From NCBI GenBank assembly GCA_965226885.1, contig CBDDEL010000011.1, positions 128,001 through 192,000 of the forward strand: a stretch of 64,000 bases of DNA, read 5' to 3'. Positions 53,067 through 63,249 of the stretch are shown in pieces (position 1 is the first letter of the stretch; each line of letters opens with the position of its first letter). Origin of the DNA: Opitutales bacterium. GTDB lineage: Bacteria; Verrucomicrobiota; Verrucomicrobiia; Opitutales; UBA2987. The notes below the pieces were generated by a model. That model had not been told where the DNA came from, did not search any database, and saw only the letters and a list, made by a program, of their open reading frames with translations. Position numbers and translations under genes: made by a program.

Positions 53067-55735
53067 TGAAGTGGACGGGGTTGTTTGAAGTGGACGGGGT
53101 TGTTTGGACAATTTTGACGTGGGATTAAGGTGGAAATCGTGTTCATATTATTTTTTAAAAATATATTTTGTCCTTAGCCAAAGACGGGCACGCAGGTGCC
53201 CGCAAGCTGTATTGGCGGGGAGGTTGGTTTTGCTCCGATTGCATGGACTTCGGCCGGGGTCCGGTAGCCCAGGGCTTGGTGGGGGCGCAGGTGGTTGTAG
53301 AAGTCCAGGTAGCGGGCTATCCCTTCGCTGGCTTCCTTTGCCGTGGCGTATTCGCGCAGGTAAATGTCTTCATACTTGAGGGTTCTCCAAAAGCGTTCAA
53401 CAAATATGTTGTCCAGGTAGCGGCCACGCCCGTCCATGCTGATGCGCACCCCGGCTTGCCCCAGCACCGAGGTGAACTCGCTGCCGGTAAACTGGCTGCC
53501 TTGATCGGTGTTGAAGATTTGAGGTTGGGCCCGCCTCAGAGCTTCCTCCAGGGCGAGCACACAGAAGCGGCTCTCCAGGGTGTTGGAAAGCTGCCAGCTC
53601 AACACGTAGCGGCTGAACCAGTCCAACACCACGGTCAAGAAAAGGAATCCTCGGCTCAGCCGCAGGTAAGTGATGTCGCTGCACCATACCTGGTCGGGCC
53701 GCTCGACCGCCAAACCCCGCAGCAGATAAGGGAAAATGCGGTGCTGCCGGTGCCCCTGGCTCAAGTTTCGACGCGGATAAATAGCCTCCAGGCCCATTTG
53801 GCGCATGAGCCGCTGGATGCGGCCTCGTCCCACTGCATGGCCCTCTCGACGCAGCCACTGGGTCATCCGGCGAGAACCAAAAAACGGATATTGGGTGTAG
53901 AGCTCATCCATGCGATGCATGTAGAGAACGTTCTGCTCGCACTGGGCACGGGCCCGATAGTAATAGCTGCCGCGGGCCAGCCCCAGCAACTGACATTGCC
54001 TGCCGATACTGATTTTTCCTTGAAGTGGTTGCACCATCTTGCGCCTCTCACCAACCGAATTGTTCAGACTTTTTTTTTAGCCAATCGCATTCTACTTTCA
54101 GCTTTCCAATCTCCTGGTAAAGGTGATCTTTTTCCGTCTCGTTGTCCTTGCTGAGAGTCTGCCGCTGGCGCGAAAACAGCTCCGTTGCTCCCTGCAAAAG
54201 CTGCTTCTTCCATTGGGTCACCTGGTTGGGATGCACCTCAAAACGACCGGCGATCTCGTTGATGGTATGAGCGCCCCTGATGGCTTCCAGGGCCACTCGG
54301 GCTTTAAACTCAGCACTGTATTGTCTTCTCTTTCGTGATTTAATAACATTCATAGGTTAGCGGATTTAGTGGTTCAAGACCACCTTATTCCACTGTCCAG
54401 TTTTCCCCGTCCATTTCAGTTTGGACAATTTTGACGTGGGATTAAGGTGGAAATCGTGTTCATATTATTTTTTAAAAATATATTTTGTCCTTAGCCAAAG
54501 ACGGGCACGCAGGTGCCCGCAAGCTGTATTGGCGGGGAGGTTGGTTTTGCTCCGATTGCATGGACTTCGGCCGGGGTCCGGTAGCCCAGGGCTTGGTGGG
54601 GGCGCAGGTGGTTGTAGAAGTCCAGGTAGCGGGCTATCCCTTCGCTGGCTTCCTTTGCCGTGGCGTATTCGCGCAGGTAAATGTCTTCATACTTGAGGGT
54701 TCTCCAAAAGCGTTCAACAAATATGTTGTCCAGGTAGCGGCCACGCCCGTCCATGCTGATGCGCACCCCGGCTTGCCCCAGCACCGAGGTGAACTCGCTG
54801 CCGGTAAACTGGCTGCCTTGATCGGTGTTGAAGATTTGAGGTTGGGCCCGCCTCAGAGCTTCCTCCAGGGCGAGCACACAGAAGCGGCTCTCCAGGGTGT
54901 TGGAAAGCTGCCAGCTCAACACGTAGCGGCTGAACCAGTCCAACACCACGGTCAAGAAAAGGAATCCTCGGCTCAGCCGCAGGTAAGTGATGTCGCTGCA
55001 CCATACCTGGTCGGGCCGCTCGACCGCCAAACCCCGCAGCAGATAAGGGAAAATGCGGTGCTGCCGGTGCCCCTGGCTCAAGTTTCGACGCGGATAAATA
55101 GCCTCCAGGCCCATTTGGCGCATGAGCCGCTGGATGCGGCCTCGTCCCACTGCATGGCCCTCTCGACGCAGCCACTGGGTCATCCGGCGAGAACCAAAAA
55201 ACGGATATTGGGTGTAGAGCTCATCCATGCGATGCATGTAGAGAACGTTCTGCTCGCACTGGGCACGGGCCCGATAGTAATAGCTGCCGCGGGCCAGCCC
55301 CAGCAACTGACATTGCCTGCCGATACTGATTTTTCCTTGAAGTGGTTGCACCATCTTGCGCCTCTCACCAACCGAATTGTTCAGACTTTTTTTTTAGCCA
55401 ATCGCATTCTACTTTCAGCTTTCCAATCTCCTGGTAAAGGTGATCTTTTTCCGTCTCGTTGTCCTTGCTGAGAGTCTGCCGCTGGCGCGAAAACAGCTCC
55501 GTTGCTCCCTGCAAAAGCTGCTTCTTCCATTGGGTCACCTGGTTGGGATGCACCTCAAAACGACCGGCGATCTCGTTGATGGTATGAGCGCCCCTGATGG
55601 CTTCCAGGGCCACTCGGGCTTTAAACTCAGCACTGTATTGTCTTCTCTTTCGTGATTTAATAACATTCATAGGTTAGCGGATTTAGTGGTTCAAGACCAC
55701 CTTATTCCACTGTCCAGTTTTCCCCGTCCATTTCA
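53067..55735 (-). mobile_element. IS3-family element (type 3), outer copy, TSD CCA; orfA 55365-55670, orfB 54491-55354
   Basis: CCA at 53064-53066 and 55736-55738; TGAAGTGGACGGGG...CCCCGTCCATTTCA; WCSDITY, NTDQGSQF, DNIFVERFW. Confidence 0.92.
53086..54418 (-). mobile_element. IS3-family element (type 3), inner identical copy inserted in the outer copy's IR, TSD GTT; orfA 54048-54353, orfB 53174-54037
   Basis: GTT at 53083-53085 and 54419-54421; complete ends on both sides. Confidence 0.9.
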
Positions 55736-57161
55736 CCATATCGAAATCAGTCAAGCTGTATTCAATAGGGCTGTCAGCGGTACCCCCGGAAAGTGTTTCC
55801 GTTTTAGAATTTCGCTCGATATTGACGATTTGAGGATCCGAATCCGTTTTGGCAGAAACACCTGCTGTTGGGGCATCAACATCGGGCAGGTCGACATCGA
55901 AATCATAAGAGACTCTGTCGGGATCGATGGTGACTCCAGTGGGAGTATCTTCCCCGGTGACAGTGCCATTGCCGAAATCTATATTGGAACCGCCAGTGGA
56001 AACGTAGCCGAAAACATCGGAATTGCCGATATCAACTCCGGTAACATCGCTTTCAAAATTAATACTGCCGAGGGTTCCTTTGTCTCCTATGTTGCCAGCG
56101 CCTGGTAAACCAACAGCCGAGTCGTAACTATCGTCAGTGGCAGCAGCGCCCGTTATACGCAGAGTATTCTTAGCGGTCAAGCCATTGGCAAAGAGGGAGC
56201 GGTAGGCTAAGGCAATTTCAATCTGCCTGATAAGCTGACGCCCGTCCAGCATGGTGGCCCTGCCCTCGACATAGAGGGTGGGGATGGCGGTATAATCCCA
56301 AGCGATAATTGACAAGGTACCGGTCTTTCCGCTACCCATATTGATGCCGGTGTTTTGCCGCACCATGTGAGTGGTGTGGTCCGTCCAATCGGTCCAGTCA
56401 TTATTATTGAGGGCCCATGTGGCTTCCTCCGCGGCAGCTTCGGCCGCATTGAGGAGCGCGTTGGACATAAAGGCATCGTCCGATAATTCCAATTCGGTCA
56501 TGGACATCTTCAGGTAAGTGGCCACAAGAATGCCAATGACCAACGAAAAGACGATCGCGAATATTAATAGCGAACCTCGGGAGGAACGGTTCAATCGGGA
56601 AGAGGAAGAGGAATCTTTCATGCTTAATTTATTAATCGTGATTTCCAATATGACGGGTATGAATCGTTAAGATTATTCATCTCAGGATCTATTAGAGCGT
56701 ATTGCTTGATTTTCGCTTCATTTTTTGGTTTTCAGCATACTTTCTGTATATATTAACGATAGCTTTTTGTCAATGGAATACGGATACTGGATGCTGGATG
56801 GGGGGATTAAAGGTGTCGGGTGTCAGGGGGAGGGATGCTGGATGTAGGATGTTTTGGTGGGACATTTTGGCGCTTTTCTGGTTTTTTTTAAACTTTAATC
56901 AAACGCATCAAACGTAGCCAACGTATCCATTGACGGATTTTGATTTTTATGTTATATGTGGTGGCATGGTTTATGACGCATTAAATATGAGCGGGTCCGA
57001 TGGTTTTGGCTTGGCGGGTGGTTTGGCTGGGGGTAGCGGTGGCGTCAGGTGCCAGTGTCGGAATGGTGGAATCGGATTTTTTGGAATTTTGCCCGAAGGT
57101 GGCGCATCGGATTGACAAACCTATTTCCGAAGCTAGAAAGAACATTTTTACTCTGAAATCA

Positions 57162-59018
57162 ATGACTGCCCCAATCGATAGCGGCTTGCCGCCGACCGTA
57201 GAAATAGACCGTAGTTCCCTCAAGGAGGAGACGATCAGCGATGCCGTGATCCGTTTTGCGGGGGAATCGCAGGATGGCATCCAGAGCATCGGCGGTTTCC
57301 TGGCCCGGCTGGCGGGGCGGAGCGATCAGGATGTGATGACTTATATGACGATCCCTTCGACCATTTCGGGGGGGCCCTCCATTTTCCAGGTGCGGATGGG
57401 AACGGGGGAAGTCCTTTCGGCCGGGGATTCGGCGGATTTCCTGGTGGCTTTTTACCAATACAGCTACGAGGAGCATATCGAGCATTTGAAGGAGGGGGGC
57501 GTCCTCATTTACGATTCCGACAATGTAACCCCCGACACCAAAGACCACCGCTATGTTTATGTGGGCGTTTCCATTACCGGGATGACCATCGAGGCTCTGG
57601 GTGGAAATGCCAAAACGAAGGGGAAAAACATTTTTGTGCTAGGTCTGCTTTCCCGCATCTTCAACCTTGATGTGGGCAAACTGAAGGATTTGATGCGCGA
57701 ACGGTTCGGTGGAAAAGGGGAGGGCATCCTGCGCAACTCCTACCTGGCTTTCGATGCGGGGTTTGCCTTTCCGGCGGACAATATTCTGGGTCGTTACTAT
57801 CAGTTTGAAAAGGCATCGGCCAACAAATCGGGCAGGCCGCAGGTGTCCATGGATGGCAACCAGGCGCTGACGCTTGGGCTGATTGCGGCGGGAGTGCGTT
57901 TCGGGGCGGGTTATCCGATCACGCCCTGGTCAACGATCATGGAAGCGCTGCGCACGGAGCTGCCCAAATATGGAGGCTGTTTTGTGCAGGCGGAAGATGA
58001 ATTGGCGGCGGTTTCGATTACCCTGGGGATGGCCTACAGCGGCTACCTGGCGGTGACAGGAAGTTCCGGGCCCGGCCTTTCCCTGAAAATGGAGGCCTTG
58101 GGGTGGGCTTCGATGGCGGAAATACCGCTCATTATCATCAATGTGCAGCGCGGCGGACCCAGCACCGGTTTGCCCACCAATGTGGAACAGGGTGATTTGA
58201 TGCAGGCCATTTACGGCAGCCACGGGGATTCCCCGCGGGTGGTTTTGGCCCCCCGCAATGTTGAAGATTGTTTTTATATCGCTTTGGAGGCCGGCCGTAT
58301 CGCCCGTAAATACAGCACGCCGGTCATCATTTTATCGGACCAGGCGCTGGCCACCCGCATTGAGGCATTCGACAAGCCGGACCTGGATGGGTTGATGCTC
58401 GACCCGAAACCGGAGATCGTTTCCCGGAAGGAGGAGTTTCTGCCCTACGATTTAAAAGAAATCACGCGGCATGCGCCGCCCGGCACGATCATGGAGGGGG
58501 GCAAATACCCGGTTGTGACGGGCCTGGAACATGACGAATCGGGGCACCCCACGGCCAATCCGGCCATGCACATGAAGATGACGGCGAAGCGCCGCGACAA
58601 ATTGAAGGCGCTGGCCAAGGACATTGGCAAAACCGAGGTGTACGGCGATAGCGAAGGAGATGTTTTGCTGGTTGGGTGGGGCTCCACTTACGGACCGATC
58701 CGGGAAGCGGTCAAGGTGCTGCGCGATAAAGGGGAAGAGGCAGGCAGCATGCATTTGCATCATTTGCATCCGCTGCCGGCCGGCATCGAACGGATACTGA
58801 ACCGTTTTCGCCATGTTTTCGTGGTGGAAATGAATGACGAGGGCCTCTACGGATACGGCCAACTGGCCGGTATTCTAAGGGCTTGTTTCCGGCACCCGGC
58901 CATTCGCAGCATTACCAAGACAGACGGGCTGACTTTCAAAGTGAAAGAGATTCTTTCCGGCGTCAGCCATTTGCGCGGCGACGCGGTGGCCACCTACTCC
59001 TCTTATCCCTACATTTAA
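57162..59018 (+). CDS. korA: 2-oxoacid:ferredoxin oxidoreductase alpha subunit (gamma-alpha fusion)
   Basis: GYPITP, QAEDELAA, SGPGLSLK.E, QRGGPSTGLPT, GWGSTYG. Confidence 0.9.
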   Translation: MTAPIDSGLPPTVEIDRSSLKEETISDAVIRFAGESQDGIQSIGGFLARLAGRSDQDVMTYMTIPSTISGGPSIFQVRMGTGEVLSAGDSADFLVAFYQYSYEEHIEHLKEGGVLIYDSDNVTPDTKDHRYVYVGVSITGMTIEALGGNAKTKGKNIFVLGLLSRIFNLDVGKLKDLMRERFGGKGEGILRNSYLAFDAGFAFPADNILGRYYQFEKASANKSGRPQVSMDGNQALTLGLIAAGVRFGAGYPITPWSTIMEALRTELPKYGGCFVQAEDELAAVSITLGMAYSGYLAVTGSSGPGLSLKMEALGWASMAEIPLIIINVQRGGPSTGLPTNVEQGDLMQAIYGSHGDSPRVVLAPRNVEDCFYIALEAGRIARKYSTPVIILSDQALATRIEAFDKPDLDGLMLDPKPEIVSRKEEFLPYDLKEITRHAPPGTIMEGGKYPVVTGLEHDESGHPTANPAMHMKMTAKRRDKLKALAKDIGKTEVYGDSEGDVLLVGWGSTYGPIREAVKVLRDKGEEAGSMHLHHLHPLPAGIERILNRFRHVFVVEMNDEGLYGYGQLAGILRACFRHPAIRSITKTDGLTFKVKEILSGVSHLRGDAVATYSSYPYI

Positions 59019-59053
59019 CCCTGATATAATTAGCAACTCAGACTCTTAGAACC

Positions 59054-60001
59054 ATGACAACGACGGCAATTAGTGAAATTTCACCGGGCGATCAACCGCG
59101 CGAAAAATTAACCAGAAAGACCCTCATCGCCGATCATCCGACATGGTGTCCGGGGTGCGGAGATTTCGCGGTCCTTTCGGCCTTTTACCGCACACTGGAA
59201 AAGCGGCAGTTTGCCCATGAAAAGATAGTCACCCTGGCGGGCATCGGTTGCTCCTCGCGGTTTCCCTACTTCGTCAACACGCATGGGGCGCATTTCATAC
59301 ACGGGCGCGCCCTGCCGTTTGCCTCCGGCATCAGCCTGGCGCGGGAAGACTTGCATGTGTTTGTTTTCGGTGGCGACGGCGACGGCTTTTCCATGGGCGG
59401 GAACCACCTCGACCATACGGCCCGCAAAAATTTTAACCTGACCTATGTCATCATGGACAATTTTGTCTATGGCCTGACCAAAAAACAAACCTCGCCCACA
59501 TCGCCGATTGGTTTCAAATCGAAGACCGATCCGGGCGGTTCCGTCGATCAGCCCATCAATCCGATGAAAAAGCTGGTTTCGAGCGGGGCCACATTTATTG
59601 CGCGGACCCATGCCTCCCAGGTCAAACATATGATGGAAATGTTAGCCCGGGCGATCGACCACGAGGGTTTCTCGGTGATCGAATGCCTATCCGAATGCGT
59701 AGAATTTTTCCCCGGCGCTTTCGATGCCAGCATCCCCAGAAAAGGGGGCCAGTTTAATGCCATTGAGGAAAAGAAATTCGACGGCAGCGAGGAAGACGAG
59801 TCGAGGCATGATCCCTCTGATGAGGTGGCCGCGTTTAACCTGGCAAACCTTGAATGGCCGGGGGTGTTCGGTGTTTTTTACGAAAAACAACGCATCACCA
59901 AAAACAAGAACGAAGCGGAATTTGTGAGCAAAGCCCGGCAGAAACACGGCAATCTCAGCGACCTGGAAATCCTTGAACAATCCTTTGCTCTTATGACCTG
60001 A
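59054..60001 (+). CDS. korB: 2-oxoacid:ferredoxin oxidoreductase beta subunit
   Basis: WCPGCGD, GIGCSS, HGRA, GDGD, DN.VYGLTK.Q.SPT. Confidence 0.9.
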   Translation: MTTTAISEISPGDQPREKLTRKTLIADHPTWCPGCGDFAVLSAFYRTLEKRQFAHEKIVTLAGIGCSSRFPYFVNTHGAHFIHGRALPFASGISLAREDLHVFVFGGDGDGFSMGGNHLDHTARKNFNLTYVIMDNFVYGLTKKQTSPTSPIGFKSKTDPGGSVDQPINPMKKLVSSGATFIARTHASQVKHMMEMLARAIDHEGFSVIECLSECVEFFPGAFDASIPRKGGQFNAIEEKKFDGSEEDESRHDPSDEVAAFNLANLEWPGVFGVFYEKQRITKNKNEAEFVSKARQKHGNLSDLEILEQSFALMT

Positions 60002-60069
60002 GGGCAGGTTCTAATTAAGACCCGTCTCCCTTGTAGTGGCTTCTTTCCCTTTCCTGTAATTTAAGAATT

Positions 60070-61036
60070 ATGGCCAGAATCAATGTTGTTATTTTAGGGA
60101 CGGGTTTGATCGCCCGCAAACACATGGGTGAAATGCTCAAGCGCCCGAGAATCACCCGCATTCAGGCGCTCATCGAGGTCAGTGAAAAATCCCGCGAAAT
60201 TACCGCCGACTGGTTTACCCAAGAGGGCAAAAAATGTCCGCCTTTCTATTCCACTTTGCAGGAATGCCTGGCCAAGGAGCCGAAACCGGATGCCGCACTG
60301 ATTGGCACGCCCCACAAATTTCACTTCGAACAGGCCAGGGATTGCCTCAAAGCCGGTCTCGACGTGATGGTCGAGAAGCCGATGGTGATGAATGAAAGCG
60401 AGGCCCGTCGGCTGATTCGTGTGCGCAACCAAACGGGCAGGCTTTTGGTGGTCGGGTTCAATGGAAGCCTCTCAGATGCCATAGCCAAAACCAAGAAACT
60501 GATTGCAAAGGGAAAAATCGGACGCGTAACCGGGATCACGGCCCATGTCCACCAGGGGTGGAAGGAGTCTCAAAAAGGCGCCTGGAGGGTAAAGCCGGAA
60601 ATTTCCGGAGGGGGTTTTCTTTTCGACACCGGCTCGCACATGCTGAACACGGTGGTTGATTTGGCGGGTTCCGATGTGGCGGAAGTTTTCGCCATCCTGG
60701 ATTATAGCGGGACGGCGGTGGAAATTAATTCAGCGGTGTGTGGGCGGTTTCGGCGACTCCATTTATTGCAATTCGTTTATCCGCATCATAGGAAGCAAAG
60801 GGGTGCTAGAAACAGGGATTTGGGGAGAATGCCTCCTCTTTTTGCCGGATGGCGCCAGTGAATACGAACCCTTGGTATTTACGCCCCGTGGCAGCACCTG
60901 GAACCAGTTTGTAAAAGTCTTTCGGGGGAAAATGGAAAACCCTTGCCCGGCCGAAACCGGGCTGCGGCTGGCCCGGCTTATGGATATGATCCGCGAAAGC
61001 GCGGCGGACGGGAAATTAGTGCGGCGCAAAAAGTAG
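60070..61036 (+). pseudogene. Gfo/Idh/MocA oxidoreductase, frameshifted near 60752
   Basis: GTGLIA, TPH..H, EKPM, SGGG.L.DTGSH; C-terminus continues in another frame to 61036. Confidence 0.82.
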
Positions 61037-61040
61037 CTGA

Positions 61041-61679
61041 TCAAAAACCGGGGACCATGGGGGCCAGGCAGATAAACATCAAGGCGAGGAGAACGGAACC
61101 GGCCAGCACCTTGAGCTTATTCATGGATTTCACCGTAATGGGTTCGGGCACCCTTTTGCCGAACAAGGCAGCCAGCAATACATAATAGGCCCACCAGGCA
61201 AAAGAACCGAGGCCGACTCCCGCTCCCAGCAGCAGGGAGTTGCCCATTTCGATATGGCGGACATGGAAATTCATTGAAATGAGGAGGGCCAGGAATCCGG
61301 GCAGCCGCATGGGCATTGCCAAAGCAATGCCAAAAGTGCTCCTGAATGTTTTACCGACGCTTTTTAGAGGGCCTTCGTAGCGCAGGGATTTAATTTTCTC
61401 GGCCCCGAACACCGTTGTGCTCATATAGACGAGCACCCCGGCGGCAAAGAGCCGGAACAACCAGTCCAAAGAGTCGCTGAAGGGATGCAGCCAGAAAACC
61501 ATTGTAGCAGCTAAAGCCGACCACAAAGATTGGGCCAGGGCTATTCCCCCGCCCGCTCCCAATCCGGTAAAAAACCCGCGGCTAAGGGTAATTTGCACGC
61601 ACCATACCGCCCCCGAAACGATGGTGGTGGAAAATACCAATCCCAGGATGATTCCGAAATAAAAAAAGAATTCACTCAT
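61041..61679 (-). CDS. LysE-family transporter
   Basis: About six hydrophobic segments; TL.RGF..GL..G.G.A N-terminal pattern; G.FAWW. Confidence 0.75.
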   Translation of the reverse strand: MSEFFFYFGIILGLVFSTTIVSGAVWCVQITLSRGFFTGLGAGGGIALAQSLWSALAATMVFWLHPFSDSLDWLFRLFAAGVLVYMSTTVFGAEKIKSLRYEGPLKSVGKTFRSTFGIALAMPMRLPGFLALLISMNFHVRHIEMGNSLLLGAGVGLGSFAWWAYYVLLAALFGKRVPEPITVKSMNKLKVLAGSVLLALMFICLAPMVPGF

Positions 61680-61759
61680 AACCCCTCAGACACATTAATG
61701 ACACCAGTTTGGCGGCCAATGTTATTTTCATCAACCGGGGGTTATCAGGCAATGTCTAG

Positions 61760-62593
61760 TTAGCTGTTTTCCAAATTTGCCAATGGCAGCAGGAGGAGAA
61801 AAGTAGTTCCGACGCCTTCTTCGTTCAGAATTCCCAATTGCCCTCCGTGGTTTTGGGCGAAATTCTGGGCAAAATACAAACCCAGACCCATTCTACCCCA
61901 TTGTTCACTAGTCGTGAAAAACGGTTCAAATACCCTTGGCAGGATGGCCGGGGGTATGCCTCCCGCTGTATCGGAGAAAGAAAGCTCAGCCGCATCGACC
62001 GGAAGTCCGTAGGGTTGCGGAAAAATTGCCCTGCCGTCAGTGCCGCCGCCGCAAACACGACGCAGGGACAGTTTAATGCCGCTCTGGCCGGAGAGGTTGC
62101 CACCAGCATTCAAGGCAAAATGCAGCAATACCATCTTGAAGGTGTTTTCATCGATCCTGACAGGCAATTCCGGCCCCATGGAATCCATTAACAGAGTAGC
62201 TCCCGGAGGCAGCACGACCTCCAAAGTCTCCTTCTGGCGGTGCACAAGTTTGGTTAAATCGACGAGGGTAGGTTCACCCGGTTTTGATCGATTGACCTCC
62301 GAAATGCTGTGAATATTTTTTTGGGTTCTGAGAGCGCTTTTGTAGATAAGCTCAATGTTTGGCTGTAAAGGATGCTCTGGCTCAATAGAGTGGAGAAGCG
62401 ATTCGCTCAAGGAATAGATGCCCATCATGGAGTTCACCATATCGTGCAACAAACCGGAGATGGCGGCTATTTTGGCCTGGTTCATCGATGCCGCCTGAAG
62501 CGCATTTTCGGGCGGTAAATTATCCAGGACGGATTTTTCGGCTGGAGACGGCTTGGCCACGCATCCAGGTTCTAATTTACCCATTGCCGGCAA
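61760..62593 (-). CDS. Sensor-less histidine kinase / HATPase protein
   Basis: LLHDMVNSM H-box-like, FSDTAGGI, FEPFFTT, GLGL, GTTF. Confidence 0.8.
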   Translation of the reverse strand: MPAMGKLEPGCVAKPSPAEKSVLDNLPPENALQAASMNQAKIAAISGLLHDMVNSMMGIYSLSESLLHSIEPEHPLQPNIELIYKSALRTQKNIHSISEVNRSKPGEPTLVDLTKLVHRQKETLEVVLPPGATLLMDSMGPELPVRIDENTFKMVLLHFALNAGGNLSGQSGIKLSLRRVCGGGTDGRAIFPQPYGLPVDAAELSFSDTAGGIPPAILPRVFEPFFTTSEQWGRMGLGLYFAQNFAQNHGGQLGILNEEGVGTTFLLLLPLANLENS

Positions 62594-62645
62594 TGGGGGT
62601 TATGACTGCTCAACAACCCGAAAAACATAGCCCGGTAATTGCTGT

Positions 62646-63249
62646 TCATAAGCGTTCCAATTCCTGATATTGTTTCAATTTATTGCGGAGAGTTCGACTT
62701 GTGACCTTTAAATGCCTGGCTGCCAACGAGCGGTTTCCACCGGTTGTTTCCAGCGCGTGCAAAATATACCGTTTTTCCAATTCCTCAATGGATATGAGTG
62801 ATTCCGGATCGGGTTTGCCGCTTCCCTCGCCCTCAATAAAAGCAATTTTGGGGTGCGCAAAATTGGGATGCGAGGCCAATTCCTGCAAATGAAGTTCTGG
62901 GCCGTCCGGGGAAATCAATCCAAGGTTCGAGGGTTCGATATAATTCCCCGATTCGGTCAATATAACGGCTCGTTCGATCGTATTCTGCAATTCCCGGATA
63001 TTGCCGGGCCAATCGTGCGAGAGCAGGCTCGAATTGGCGGCAGAGGAAAAACCCGTTAGATTAACCCCGTGTTTGCGTTGCAAAATGGCTTTAAAGTGCT
63101 CCGCCAGGAGGAGTATGTCTTCCTTTATTTCACGCAATGGTGTGCTGTAAATGGGAAACACGTTGAGCCGATAATAAAGATCCTCCCGGAATTCGCCTCT
63201 TTTCACGCATTTGGCCAGGTCGCGGTTGGTAGTGGCCAGAACCCGCGTA
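62646..63249 (-). pseudogene. Sigma54-dependent (NtrC-family) regulator, C-terminal part, interrupted by IS1
   Basis: RVLATTNRDL, FREDLYYRLNV, WPGNIREL.N.IERA, Fis-type HTH. Confidence 0.9.

Larger units (their letters stand above)
52507..56621 (-). pseudogene. PilX-like (type IV pilin-like N-terminus) secreted protein, about 480 aa, interrupted by nested IS3 elements
   Basis: RG|SLLIFAIVF..., AL.AAEA..E.A; halves rejoin in frame as DFDMGQNSIL; C-terminus VYAPNA...GAAVA...FHYDE. Confidence 0.8.

Noticed and set aside
53168..55471. 328-aa plus-strand ORFs (53168-54154, 54485-55471)
   Set aside because: Antisense shadows of IS3 orfB.
53102..55735. Simple tandem duplication or assembly artefact
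   Set aside because: The junctions carry two distinct TSDs (CCA and GTT), which fit nested insertion exactly.
57000..57161. N-terminal extension of korA in the ORF track
   Set aside because: Upstream in-frame sequence has no family similarity; the ATG at 57162 is more plausible.
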